Assembly: GCA_049999805.1 (NCBI GenBank)
Contig: JBNGIO010006235.1
Location: 20,294 to 76,429 of the forward strand
DNA: 56,136 nt
Direction of reading: 5' to 3'
Source of the DNA: Folioceros fuciformis
Lineage: Eukaryota
The translations under genes were made by a program, and so were the position numbers. The stretch's first letter is position 1. Every line of letters starts with the position of its first letter. Under the pieces are notes generated by a model. That model had not been told where the DNA came from, did not search any database, and saw only the letters and a list, made by a program, of their open reading frames with translations. Of this stretch, positions 21,924 through 36,235 are shown in pieces.

Positions 21924-24113
21924 CTATGGATGTTGCCCCGCTTCTTCTTGGTTCGCAGGATGCTGCTGGTTCATGCCAAGTGGATTCTGGTGATGTCGAT
22001 GCTCCACGTGGTCATGACCATGCTGCAGCAGCTGATGGTCACCATATAGGTCACCATGGTGCAACTGGGTCCCCGACGTAGCAGCTGCTGGTGGAGCTGC
22101 AGCTGCTGGTCCCCAGCCAGTGGGAGCTGCTGAGGCTGCTGGTCCCCAGCCAGCGGGAGCTACTGCAGCTGCCGGTCCCCATGCACCGGGGGCTGCCGCT
22201 GGCTCGCATGTAACGAGGAATGCTGCAGCTGCCGGTCCCCATGCAGCGGGGGTTGCTGCTGGCTCGCATGTAATGAGAGCTGCTGGCTCGCATGTAATGA
22301 GAGCTGCTGGTTCCCATGGTACTGGTGGTCTTCGAGGAAGAGCTGTTGATATGTTTGGTGGTACTCCTCTCTTCTGACGAGTTGCTGGTGCTGGTTCATG
22401 CATGTAAAATTCGTTGGGGCTGCCCATGAAGCCGTGAGTAGTGGTGCATGTTCAGGACCGACTGGTGTTGTCGCTCATGATGTCACTCCGGGTGCTGTTG
22501 TTGTTGGTTGTACACTTCATAATTGTCAATGGCTCCCTGGAGCAGTTCCTGAGGCTGTCGGGGCTGTTGCTGAGACGGTCGGGGCTGTTGCTGAGACGGT
22601 CAGGGCTGTTCCTGAGGCTGTGGGAAGTGGTAAAAATTATTCTGGTCCCCGCAGAGTGAGCATATTCCGCACTTTTTTGTCCTGCTGCTGGGTGAGCATG
22701 TGTGAAATATGCTCACCGTTTGAGTTTGGAGGAACCTTGCCGCTCTGCTGCTGGTATAAACTATGAAAGTTTACAGCAACATGGTCGCTTTGCCAATGAT
22801 GGTGAAAGTCTGTAGCAACCTGGCCGCTTTGGTGATGGTGATGGCGAAAGTTGGTAGCAACTTGGCCGCTCTGTTGTTGATGACGAAAGTCGGGAGCAAC
22901 TTCGCCGTTCTGCTGCTGATGACGAAAGTAGGTAGCAATCTGGCTGCTGTGCTGCTGATTGTTGAAAGTTTGTCGAACTTGGCCACTTTGCTGGTGATGT
23001 TCAAAGTTTGTCGCAGCCTGGCCGCTTTGCTGGTGATGGTCAAAGTTTGTAGCAACCTGATCGTGAAAGTTTACAGCCACCTGGCTGCTTTGCTGGTCGT
23101 GAAAGTTTCTACCATCCTGGTGGTCAAGGTTTGTGCCAACCCGACCGCTTTGCTGGTGGTGTTCGTCAGGATACATGGTAGCATGGGTTACCACATGATC
23201 CTCCCACGTCCGATTACTCGCCATACCGGAAGAAGAAGCCGGAAACGTTGAAAGATCCTCCATTTGCAGGAGATAGTACCGAGCATAATTTTGGTGCGCG
23301 GTGGCATCTGTGGCAATGGACTCCAACGTCGCACTATTTCTCCAACGTCGCACTATTTCCCCTTGGGCTACACTGCGAGAAGAGCTACCAAAATTGTTGC
23401 TCTCCCCCTTCGTCGAAGGCCATCTGACCCAAGCCTTCACCCGGCACACATATCGCCTGCCGCCACTGCTGCTGTATCCCACTGCTGCTGTATCCGTTCC
23501 AGCCTTACGCCCGTCACTTTCCGCCTTTGGTGGAGGTCATCTGCTGCAACTCGAAGCTGCAATAGGTTCGCCTGAGATAGCGAGCCCTTCTTCTGGCCCT
23601 CGCCGGAGTCGAGGGAATATCTCGGAAGTATGTCCTCCACCAAGATCTTCTTATTAGCCTCCTTCAGCTGCAAGGAAAGAAGTTGCAGGAAGAACAGACA
23701 GAAATAATTTCTGCGAAACCGGATCCAAGTCACACCTGCTTCAATTCTCCTGACTGCTTCTTCATGACGGACTCCAACATCGACTTGCCATCCAACTTCC
23801 TCTTTACCTGATTGGAAACACCTTTGTAACGACTAATGACTTCCTCGACGCTCGGAGCGCCCCAGAACAAATTATTATTTTGATTGTTGTTGTTCCGCTT
23901 GCTGGTGCCCGCGCTGCCGCCATAGCAAATGAAGCCTACGTCCACATCGCACAGCTTCGACAGCTCAAACGCTTTCTTGTTCAGCCCCTTCTTGCGCTTC
24001 GTGAAGGTGGTTTGCCGCTGGTGATCGTTCACAATACGTCTAATCAAGATCTTGGACCGGCCTGAGCCAGGCTTCGCCTTCTCCCCGCCACCACCTCTAC
24101 CCCCTCCTGTCAC
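21924..24113 (-). pseudogene. Type I (M-type) MADS-box gene with coiled region and long Gln/His-rich repetitive tail, probably pseudogenized; intron ~23735-23668
   Basis: MADS domain GRSKILIRRIVNDHQRQTTFTKRKKGLNKKAFELSKLCDVDVGFICY...SVEEVISRY. No in-frame ATG (GTG at 24113). A CAG|GTGTGA...CCTTGCAG intron leads to LKEANKKIL; downstream are frameshifts and stops. Confidence 0.8.
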
Positions 24114-24439
24114 GCCACAGCAGTCGCAACTGCACCATCGCTAGGTGAATCACCACCGTCGCAGCAAAATTGCCAATTGCAGCCATCGATCGTCTCGTCA
24201 TGGTTGATGCCGGCTGGCTCGGCTTAGAGCCAATCTACCTAAATCCACCAAATCTACCTAATGTCCAACTCATGAGCCAAACTTCAAAGCCGGGTCGACC
24301 CCTGGCAACGCGACCTAGAGGCCTCCCAAGTACCGCGCAGGCTATTTCCCCTCCTGAACTGAGAGAGTGCACTTAAGCCGGTTAGGATTCCATCGGGCCA
24401 TGCCACAGCCTCAAATTTAACTTACTTTGAAAAGAAACA

Positions 24440-24615
24440 CTTCCCCTAACGGGAGATCAAAGCTTCCGTAACAAGAGACCTAAGCTTCCCTAACGCAAGA
24501 CTAAGCTTCCCAACGCAAGACCAAGCTTCCGTAACGGGAGACCCAAGCTTCCGTAAAGGGAGACCCGAGCTTCCGTAAAGGGAGACCTAAGCTTCCGTAG
24601 CGGGAGACGTAAGCT
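24440..24615. repeat. ~21-bp tandem repeat (aagcttccgtaacgggagacc), ~8 degenerate copies
   Basis: Visible periodic aagcttcc motif. Confidence 0.85.
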
Positions 24616-24694
24616 ATTCTTCTACGCTCAGCGGCTGATCCGACCACCATTAACCATCGAACTTTGTTTGGTGTGCCTCTGATACTTCCTATGC

Positions 24695-25352
24695 TGCTGT
24701 AGCTCCGATACTTGCTCTTCTGCTGGAGCTTCAATATTAGCTCTGTTGGTGTGTAGCTCCGATACTTGCTCTTCTGCTGGAGCTTCAATTTTAGCTCTGT
24801 TGGTGTGTAGCTCCGATACTTGCTCTCCTGCTGTAGCTTCAGTATTAGCCCTGTTGGTGTGTAGCTCTTATACTTGCTCGCCTGCTGGAGCTTCAATATT
24901 AGCTCTGTTGGTGTGTAGATCCGATGCTTGCTCTCCTGCTGGAGCTTCAATATTAGCTCTGTTGGTGTGTAGCTCCGATACTTGCTCTCCTGCTTGTAGC
25001 TTCAGTATTAGCTCTGTTGGTGTGTAGCTCCGATACTTGCTCTCCTGCTGTAGCTTCAATATTAGGTATGTTGGTGTGTAGGTCCGATACTTGCTCGCCT
25101 GCTGTGCATAGGTTCAGTATTAGCTCTGTTGGTGTGTTACTCCGATACTTGCTCTCATACTTGCGCTCCTGCTGTAGCTTCAATATCAGCACTCTTGTTG
25201 TGTAAATCCGATACTTGCTCTATTGTTGTGTAAATCCGATACTTGCTCTGTTGTGGTGTAAATCCGATACGTGCTCTGTTGTTGTGTAAATCCGATACTT
25301 GCTCTGTGGTTGTGTAAATCCGATACTTGCTCTGTTGTTGTGTAAATCCGAT
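24695..25352. repeat. 54-bp minisatellite (~9 copies) grading into a related ~28-bp unit (~5-6 copies)
   Basis: Unit gtagctccgatacttgctctcctgctggagcttcaatattagctctgttggtgt, followed by gtaaatccgatacttgctctgttgttgt. Confidence 0.92.
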
Positions 25353-25390
25353 CCATACCCAGATATCAGGGCAGGACATGTTACCAGATC

Positions 25391-25560
25391 TTGTGCACTG
25401 CCCTGATATCTGGGTATGCCCAGCAAGGGCTCGGACACGACAAATGGACGAGGCGGACCTCAGCTTGGCTGACCGTGTTACCTGTCCTTTGGCGTTGTAG
25501 GGCTGTGCAGGCACGGGAGCCTCACAGCAGCTTGCGGCAGCTCCACCCACAGATTGTGGG
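25391..25560 (+). pseudogene. Short PPR fragment
   Basis: CTALISGYAQQGLGHD motif followed by a degenerate PPR-like segment. Confidence 0.55.
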
Positions 25561-26720
25561 AACAGGACTGCTGGATGAGCGAGTGTTTGGTACTGTACCT
25601 GACTTGTAGATGCCAATGAACTGGAAGTTGCAGGCCAGTCTGATGAGTCTGCCAGTTTAGGTCTAGGCTCCGACGCCGGTCACACTTGACGTGGTATTCA
25701 TATATACCACTTGGACATGCGGGCCCCGCTAGCTTAAGTGTTATAACCGCCGCGCGTCAAGGTGCTGGGACCGGTTGATGGGTCTATCGTCTCCACGTCG
25801 CGTCTATTTTTTTGGCTCTTGTAGGCGTGATATGCCTTGCTTAGCCTAGCCGTCCAGCCCGCCCTCGCTAGGGGTTGCGTGTAGCAACACTACACGCCAC
25901 AGGAATCATCGCGCCATCTCGCCATACTCCTATCGCGCTTCTGCTTTTTCCACCACACTCTTCAAAGTGCGGTCCATGTCATCGGAGCTTTCACGTTGTC
26001 GACAATGCACGGGATTCTATGCTTGTTAAGTTGCTAAATGCAGCTTTTGTGTGGAATCCTGTGTCTCGTGAGTGTGGCTTGTTGTTATGACATTGCCTGT
26101 GTGTGCTACGTGCCCAGCATTTGATTGCTCTGCCTTGCATTGAGCCCTGTTGAAGAGGATACTGTACATCTCAGATCTCTACTCTTGGACCAGGGTCTCT
26201 GCGTTGTGTTTGTCAGAGCTGTGGGGCCGGCAAGGAGCCCTCTAGCGCTCTCACCAGTGCTGTTGCCAGTTGGAGGCTTGTCGCTGCCGCTTCGACAATT
26301 GCGCTTTGGAGGAAAGGAGAAGGGCATGTTCATCAGCCGCAGTCGCATGGCATTTGGCAGCACCTCTTGGCGGTAGCTGTCGGACTCTCTCGTCAGCGGA
26401 TGAGTGGCACTCCCGGGATTGCAAGGTTGCTTGAGTTAGACAGACGCCGAAACTCCGTTGGCAGGATTGCTGATTTTCCTGGAGGATGTGCTTGCCGAAC
26501 AGTTGCCCTGAACCCTCACCTTAGGGTTTGGCACCTGTGTGCCTCTCGGAAAGTCGACCGTCCTGCAGTTGAACTCTTTTTCTGTTGCTAAGCATATATT
26601 TGAGCACCAAGGAAGGCACAACGGGGTGCAAGCAGAGATCCGCAAGGGTTTGGAGGACATTTCATCACCTCTCTGCTATAAAGAATAGTCACCATAGGTT
26701 GCTGTCCGTCCGTGGATCTC

Positions 26721-28587
26721 ATGGACTACCCTCCAGGAGGGGGTGGCCATGGCCACGGCCAATTGTCAAGAGTGGACGACCCTGAAGTAATGCGTCTTTC
26801 CTTCCTTCTCTTTCTGCACTATACTGGCCCTGGCAATGTTTCTGGCAAGCTGTTTGTGACACCCGCTAGCATTACCACCACAACCACTTTATTGTCTCTG
26901 AGAGGAAAGCGTGAGCTGAAACCATTACCCATTGTTTGGGACTTCTGACGACACCCTTGGCAGTTTAGTTTTCGCCTGCAATGTTGTTAACCACTTGCCA
27001 CTTCCCTTCAGATACACAGAAAGTCCACTTTGCGGAGAACAGGCGTCAGTGCCGAATGTGCAGCTCCCAAGTTGGCTCATGAATTTAATCCTAAGGCAGG
27101 TTCCCTGCTGCATGCACCAAAGAGATCATTTCCATTCCACTCACAAGACTGCACGACAAACGTTTGACGTCAGCAGAGACTCTGCCCTGGTGTCTCATGC
27201 AATTGAGTGAAATGGCCAACAGGTTCACCCTAAGAGCGATGAAGCCAAGGCACGTATCCGTGAAATGTTACAAAAGAACTACTTGTTTAAAGCTTTGGAC
27301 GACGAACAGACTCGAGTGGTAACGTCATGCAGCTGCAAGACAAGATTGTCATGTCCAGAAATCCCAAATCGTGCACCATGCTTGACAGGTTCTACGCTTG
27401 TCGTCAGGTTGTTGACTCAGTAGAAGAGGAGCACCACCCAAGGGCGAGTCTGATCATTAAGCAGGGAGATTCAGGCGACAAATTCTATCTCCTAGAGGTG
27501 CTATTTGCTACCTGCACGCTTGTGACAATGAAGCTCTTGCATCGGAACTAAAACCTGCCCTTCGTGAAAATCAGTCAGGGACTGTAGAAGTTTGGATACG
27601 GAAGAAAACTGATGCCGAGGAAGAAAAGGTGAAGGTATATGGTCCCGGGGACAGTTTTGGAGAGCTTGCTCTCCTATATGATGCTCCCCGTGCTGCAACG
27701 GTCAGGGTATGCAGCTTACTCGCACTGAACATCATGTCTGCTTCGCACCAGCAAATTTTTGACCCAGGCCCGCCGATTTAGTATGTTGTTTACCTGCGCA
27801 GGCCTGTAGCGATTGCGTGGTGTGGGCCATGGACAGGACAACCTTCCGAACCATCCTGATGTACACGACCAACACCAAGAGGCTCCTCTACGAAAAGTTC
27901 CTGAGCGATGTCCATCTTCTGAAGGTACCTGAGTTCTCAAGTAACCAGAACTTCATTGCGAGTCATCCCCCATCACCATAGTGCCAACGGATTTTAATTC
28001 TCCGTTCTGGAGGCAGGCACTCACGAAATACGAGCGAGCAGCTATTGCTGATGTTTTGGAAGCCGAGTATTTCGATGAAGGTGAAGACATCGTCGTCGAA
28101 GGCCATCCTGGCGAGAGATTCTACTTCATTGAAGAGGTAACATCAGCTGGTCGATATGGATGGTTTGGTCTATGCGCGATGATCTCAGTCGGCCCACACT
28201 CACTTCTGTGCCTACAGGGCACAGCAGAGGCAGTAACAGGGGGTAAAGTGGTAATGAACTATAAGAAAGGCGACTATTTCGGAGAGTTGGCTCTGATCAA
28301 CGATGAGCCTCGTGCAGCCACCGTCACGGCCACCAGTCGCTGCAAAACCGTTTCCATCGATCGGGGAAGTTTCAAGGTATGGATCATTTGACACAAATGC
28401 CACACCAAGCCAAAACACATGAGCCCTGCACGGGCATCCCTATTCCACAAGGACTATAGGTAACGGAACACTCCCTCCCTTAATGCAGAGATTGCTTGGC
28501 AAGCTTGACGGCAAAATTCCTAGGAAGAAGTCTGACTATGAGAAAGGGAAAGCTAAAGCGAAGGAGGCAGCCTCCAGCAAAGCATAG
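26721..28587 (+). CDS. PKAR: cAMP-dependent protein kinase (PKA) regulatory subunit, ~322 aa; exons 26721-26786, 27012-27095, 27223-27318, 27408-27497, 27575-27706, 27802-27924, 28017-28136, 28218-28376, 28489-28587
   Basis: Inhibitor site RRTGVSAE, linker VHPKSDEAKARIREMLQKNYLFKALDDEQ, and two cNMP-binding domains with phosphate-binding cassettes FGELALLYDAPRAATV and FGELALINDEPRAATV. All introns are phase 0. The first exon is less certain. Confidence 0.92.
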
Positions 28588-28977
28588 AACTGTTTTCGAC
28601 ACCGGGTTGTAGCTTTACTAAATCAAAACCAGACCGAAAAGTCCCAGCCGGCACTTGACATGGGGGATCCAGGCCGTCCAAGAGGAGAGTCGGTTTTGAA
28701 GGAATTCGGATGGGCGGACAGCTCGCAGAACAGGAACAACGAGAGCTCAAAGGCGCTAGCGTGACCTCTTCTTAACGGTTGTAATAATGTAGAGCCACGA
28801 AGATCCTCCTGAGACATTCTGGAGAGGGGATACTGGGCTATCTTCCGAGGCAAGTTCCAGCTTCTTGGAACCTACGGCCGCCTCTGCAACGACCTGTAGT
28901 CTAAGTTGAGACCAGAATGACGTCCTTACCCTTCTCGGCTTGGACGTGATTTGTCTATACTCTGGACACCTTTTGAC

Positions 28978-32159
<3,182 letters not shown>

Positions 32160-32585
32160 TTACGTGTATTTTTACATATATAGTTTTGACATAACTTCGA
32201 GAGTGTTTTAACTACCGATGGATAGTGAACTCTTAAACTACTTTATTTTAAGCATGACATCAGAATGCTAAACGGTCCCTAAGGAAAAACAGTGTGCGTT
32301 GATACAATATCATGCTTTAGGGTTTAGGGTTGTTACCGAAGATCACGCATACCATACTTATGAAATGCTGCCACCGGACAACTTACAGAGAAAAAGGTTG
32401 TTTGATTTGCCCACCCACAGCGCGCATACTTTTCCTAGACTGACGCCAGGTATGACTGTATGAACGTGCTTTACTATGAAGCAAACTTGTGTAGACAGCG
32501 TCACTGACGGAAGTGAAAAGTGATAAATACTCCTTACTGCGAAACACAGAACAGGGGAACACCACTTCGACTCCGGCATCCCAGC

Positions 32586-35500
32586 CTACGGACCGGAGAA
32601 TCCTCGACGTGGTACGTATAGCTCCAACTTGCTCCTTTTCTGTTTGGAATCTTTGCAGAACTGAAGCAGCCCCTCTCCGGACTCTTCACTAATGTGTGAG
32701 AAGTCACTTTCCGCGTTGCTACCATGACCGCTGCTAAGCCCTTCTTTCACTTCATCGTAAGGTAGAGCAGCAACGGTGTCTTTCGTCAAGTCTCTATACT
32801 TCCTCCAGTCCTGACTTGAGAACTGCACAGCTCCACCACCTCTTCCACCCAACTGAAGTGGATTAACAGCTTTTGCACGGCGAGAATCTGTGCACTTTTG
32901 AGGACCAAGCCTTTCCCACACAGTCTTCTTCGAGGATTTGTCAAGTGAAACGGATGGCTGCACATCAGCTGCAAATGGCTTAGCCTGTAGCTTTTTGCTG
33001 TGACTCACAACACCTGTTCTTCTCTGTTCCACATCATGCAGATTATCTTTCAAAGACGACCTATCATTCCCATCAACCGTCACACCGGCACCTCTTGGCC
33101 TCGTGTGATTGGATGAAGTCCCACGAGGCACAACCTGAGACCTTCCTCTCCGTTTACTTGTTCTTGCACTTGCGGCCTCACCAACCCCTCGTGAGTCCAA
33201 TTCGTCTCCCCACTTCTTGTGGACGACAGGGGTGTGGTTGTGCAACTTGGGCTCTATGAAGCGTCTAGTACCCTCTTGCACATCCTCCACAACGTCTCCC
33301 CATCTTTCCGAGATACGAGGATACGGGCTAGGCAGCTCTGATGTTCCATGATCAATGACGGGATTACTTGCACCTCTGAATGTTGGACCGTCATGCGAAG
33401 TCAACCTGCTCATTTCTTGAGGAATAACGTCACTGTCCTTTAGAAGGCCCTCCTTCCTTGCAACCTGGGATGGACCAGCAGAGGCACTCATTTCCGGTGG
33501 CTGCCCCACCTTCAAGACTTGACTTTCAAGCCCCTTGCCAGAAGTAGCTTGCACCGCAATATGCTCACGCCTGCTTTTAGTTTTCCCAGAAGAGCGCCGA
33601 GCCCTTCCTCTATTGTCTGAACTCAACAACCCGGTGCCCTTGCCAGTGCCAACATTAAAGGGCTGTTCCTCCGGTCTTGCCGAAAACTGAAAAGATGCTG
33701 GGACAGCTGCTGATGCGTAGTCCGAAGCACCTGAGCCGGAGGGAACAAGATCTTGCCTGTTCTTACTGGGCATTCCTCTGGTCCGAACTTCAACATTTTT
33801 GGAAGGACCATCACCAGGAATGGTAACAATAAACTTGCTAGCTTCTGTTTCTGCTGCTGGATCAAGGTACTCAATAAACCGTTGATGCCTCGTTGTGTCC
33901 AGGGTGACTTTGATTCCCAAACCTACGGTTTCTTCCTCCAACGCCTGTGGGTCGACACAATGTACACGGCGATTGGTGGCTGGGACGTTAGGATACACAG
34001 CTGGTCCCTTGTCCTTCAACCCCGTCACTGACGGATGTGCAGAGCCATCCACGCCATCCCTCGGGTCCAGGGACTTATCGACAAAGGACACAATCTGCTC
34101 ACTTGCATCGTACTCTACATAATTCGAGTCCGCTACAGCCTCCCCTTCATCCTGCCAGATACTCGTATCTCGAGCATTAGGTGGTCTGTAGATTGCCATA
34201 AATTGATGAGGCTTGGTTGTTCTTGTTTTCCCTCTATTAATTCTACCTGGTGCAGCTTCTTCTTTCCATCCATCTTTACTGCTTTGCCCAAAATGGAAAG
34301 CCTCAGCCTCTCGTTCTCTGTAGTGACTTCTATCTTGCAGATCATTTTCTTTCCACAGATCTTTGCTCCTTGGTGCAAAACTTACTACCTCGGGTCTTCG
34401 TCCAACATTATGGCTTCCATCTTGCACACCCGTGTCTTGCCGTCCGTATTTAACACTGAGAGGAAGATTCAGATCAGCTGCTTTTCCTCTTAGACTTTCT
34501 GCCGAGGCTCGCGGTTTACTAGCGTTTGAAAATTCTTTTCTGTCTACATCCCTTCCAACAGGGCCCACCTCTGAATTCTTGTCTGCAGACGGTTCCTGTT
34601 GCAGTGCTGGACTGTCTATGGTTGTAGACTTTTTTGGCACCCGTTTTTCTTGCTTTTTCCCACTGTCTCTAACCACTGTTGAATCCTGCGAGTGCCTTTC
34701 TACACATTAGCTGGAGAAGAGCACTGTCAAACGAGAAAGCAAAACGACCTCGAATGGATTCCAATGGTCACCTGAGCCGATGAATTTGCTGCGTTTTGCT
34801 TCTCAGCTTGGACGTGCTTCTCGAATTGCTCACGATCATGCTGGATCTTAACCTACAAGTATCATTACATAACTGTCAGGAGGAGACTGAGGAGCTCTGT
34901 TCCAAGAAAGCATCCCACCCTTTTGAACCACGTCAGACTGACTCGACAATGCCATTCCTTACGGAGTTCGTTCATCAGGTGCGTTAAAATGTTAGTATGA
35001 AAGTTCGCTACCCACTGCCCTGTCCAAAGAAGCACTTCGCTATCCTTACATTTAAGCAAACTCACAATTTCTCGTACGAACTGATGACCGAGGTCAATCC
35101 GCTTCTTAGGCTGCTGGTGCTGAACTGGTTGACGTAGTCGAGGCCGACTGCTCGCCGAGTCTTCACTGCTGCTGCTGTGTGCTTCTTCCAACAGAGCTCG
35201 AGCTCCAGCAACACTTGGCTTCAAAGCACTGTTGGCTGTGCTGTCCATGCTGCTGTCTGCCTCCTTGTCCAAATTACTTCTCGGTCGAAACTCCTCTTCG
35301 CTGCTTGCAATGTCCGGCTGGAGAGGTGTCGTAGGTGCATCGTGGTCCTGGCGGGGTGGAACCATGTGAATAACCTCTTTCTTTTGACGATCAGGTTGTT
35401 CGGTGCTAAGTACCTCATCATACTGCTTCGCTTTCACATTCCCCTCAAAGTCGGCTGGATGCGAGGAGGAGGACGTACTTCCCGGCTGCTCAGATCCAGC

Positions 35501-36235
35501 ACCGCCATCGTTTTCTACTACGTCCTCTGCTTCCGCCGTGCCACCTTCGACGGGCTCCAGTACCTCTCCTGGTCTCCCGTCCAGCTGCGCGCTCCGGGTG
35601 CCAGCCTCCCCTGGGCAAATGTCGCTGCTCGGTGCACTGTATTCATCCACGCCGACTTCCGCAGTCCTACTGGAGTCGAGGACCTCACCATCCAAACAAG
35701 AAACAGTCTCAGCGCGGCCGCCATGAGCGTCCTCCTCCTCTCCACAGGCGTCACTTCCACTCTCCACAGACCGCACAACCCTCAGATCTACCACAGCGTC
35801 GACAACTACCTCGGGAGAGGCTCCAATGACGTCCGGACGCGCTTCGTCAGAATTCACGGCACTCAGCTCCAAACGCCCCTGGCTACCGGGATGAGGTGTC
35901 ACAGCATTTTGGCTATCAAGACTGGCGCACTCCGGGTCCCGAGCTCCTGGACTTTCCACAACCAGATCTTCGTCTTTCTGCACACCGTCCCCGACTTCAG
36001 GTAAAGCCGGCACGCTTTCAACCACTCCAGCTGCATCCCTATCGTGCAAAGCTCCAGCTCCGACTTCCGCCAGGGACTCCTCACGACCTTCCAGCACCGT
36101 TCCGCCCTCTGCTTCACCGTTCTTCACTCCCTCATCAGCCCGAGGCAGAGCTACCTTGTCTGCATCAACTCGATCAGGAGCAGCACTCCCATCGGCCTGA
36201 GGTGGTGCAAGAACGCTCTCCGCGACGCCACTCAT
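32586..36235 (-). CDS. Large (~1160 aa) mostly low-complexity protein of unknown function; probable exons 36235-~34943, 34852-34772, 34685-32586
   Basis: Two long ORFs (456 and 696 aa) on the same strand are bridged by an 81-nt exon (VKIQHDREQFEKHVQAEKQNAANSSAQ) with GT-AG sites. No domain recognised. Confidence 0.7.

Noticed and set aside
22763-23251. Hydrophobic repeat ORF on the + strand resembling a membrane protein
   Set aside because: It is the antisense reading of the Gln/His repeats of the MADS tail.
24695-25352. CRISPR-like appearance and ORFs in tandem arrays (also 45033-45272 and 51514-53095)
   Set aside because: Units are head-to-tail without unique spacers, there are no cas genes, the context is eukaryotic, and the ORFs are artefacts of unit lengths divisible by three.
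26400-26470. RRRNSVG as the PKA-R inhibitor site
   Set aside because: RRTGVSAE in exon 27012-27095 fits the consensus and spacing and splices in frame.
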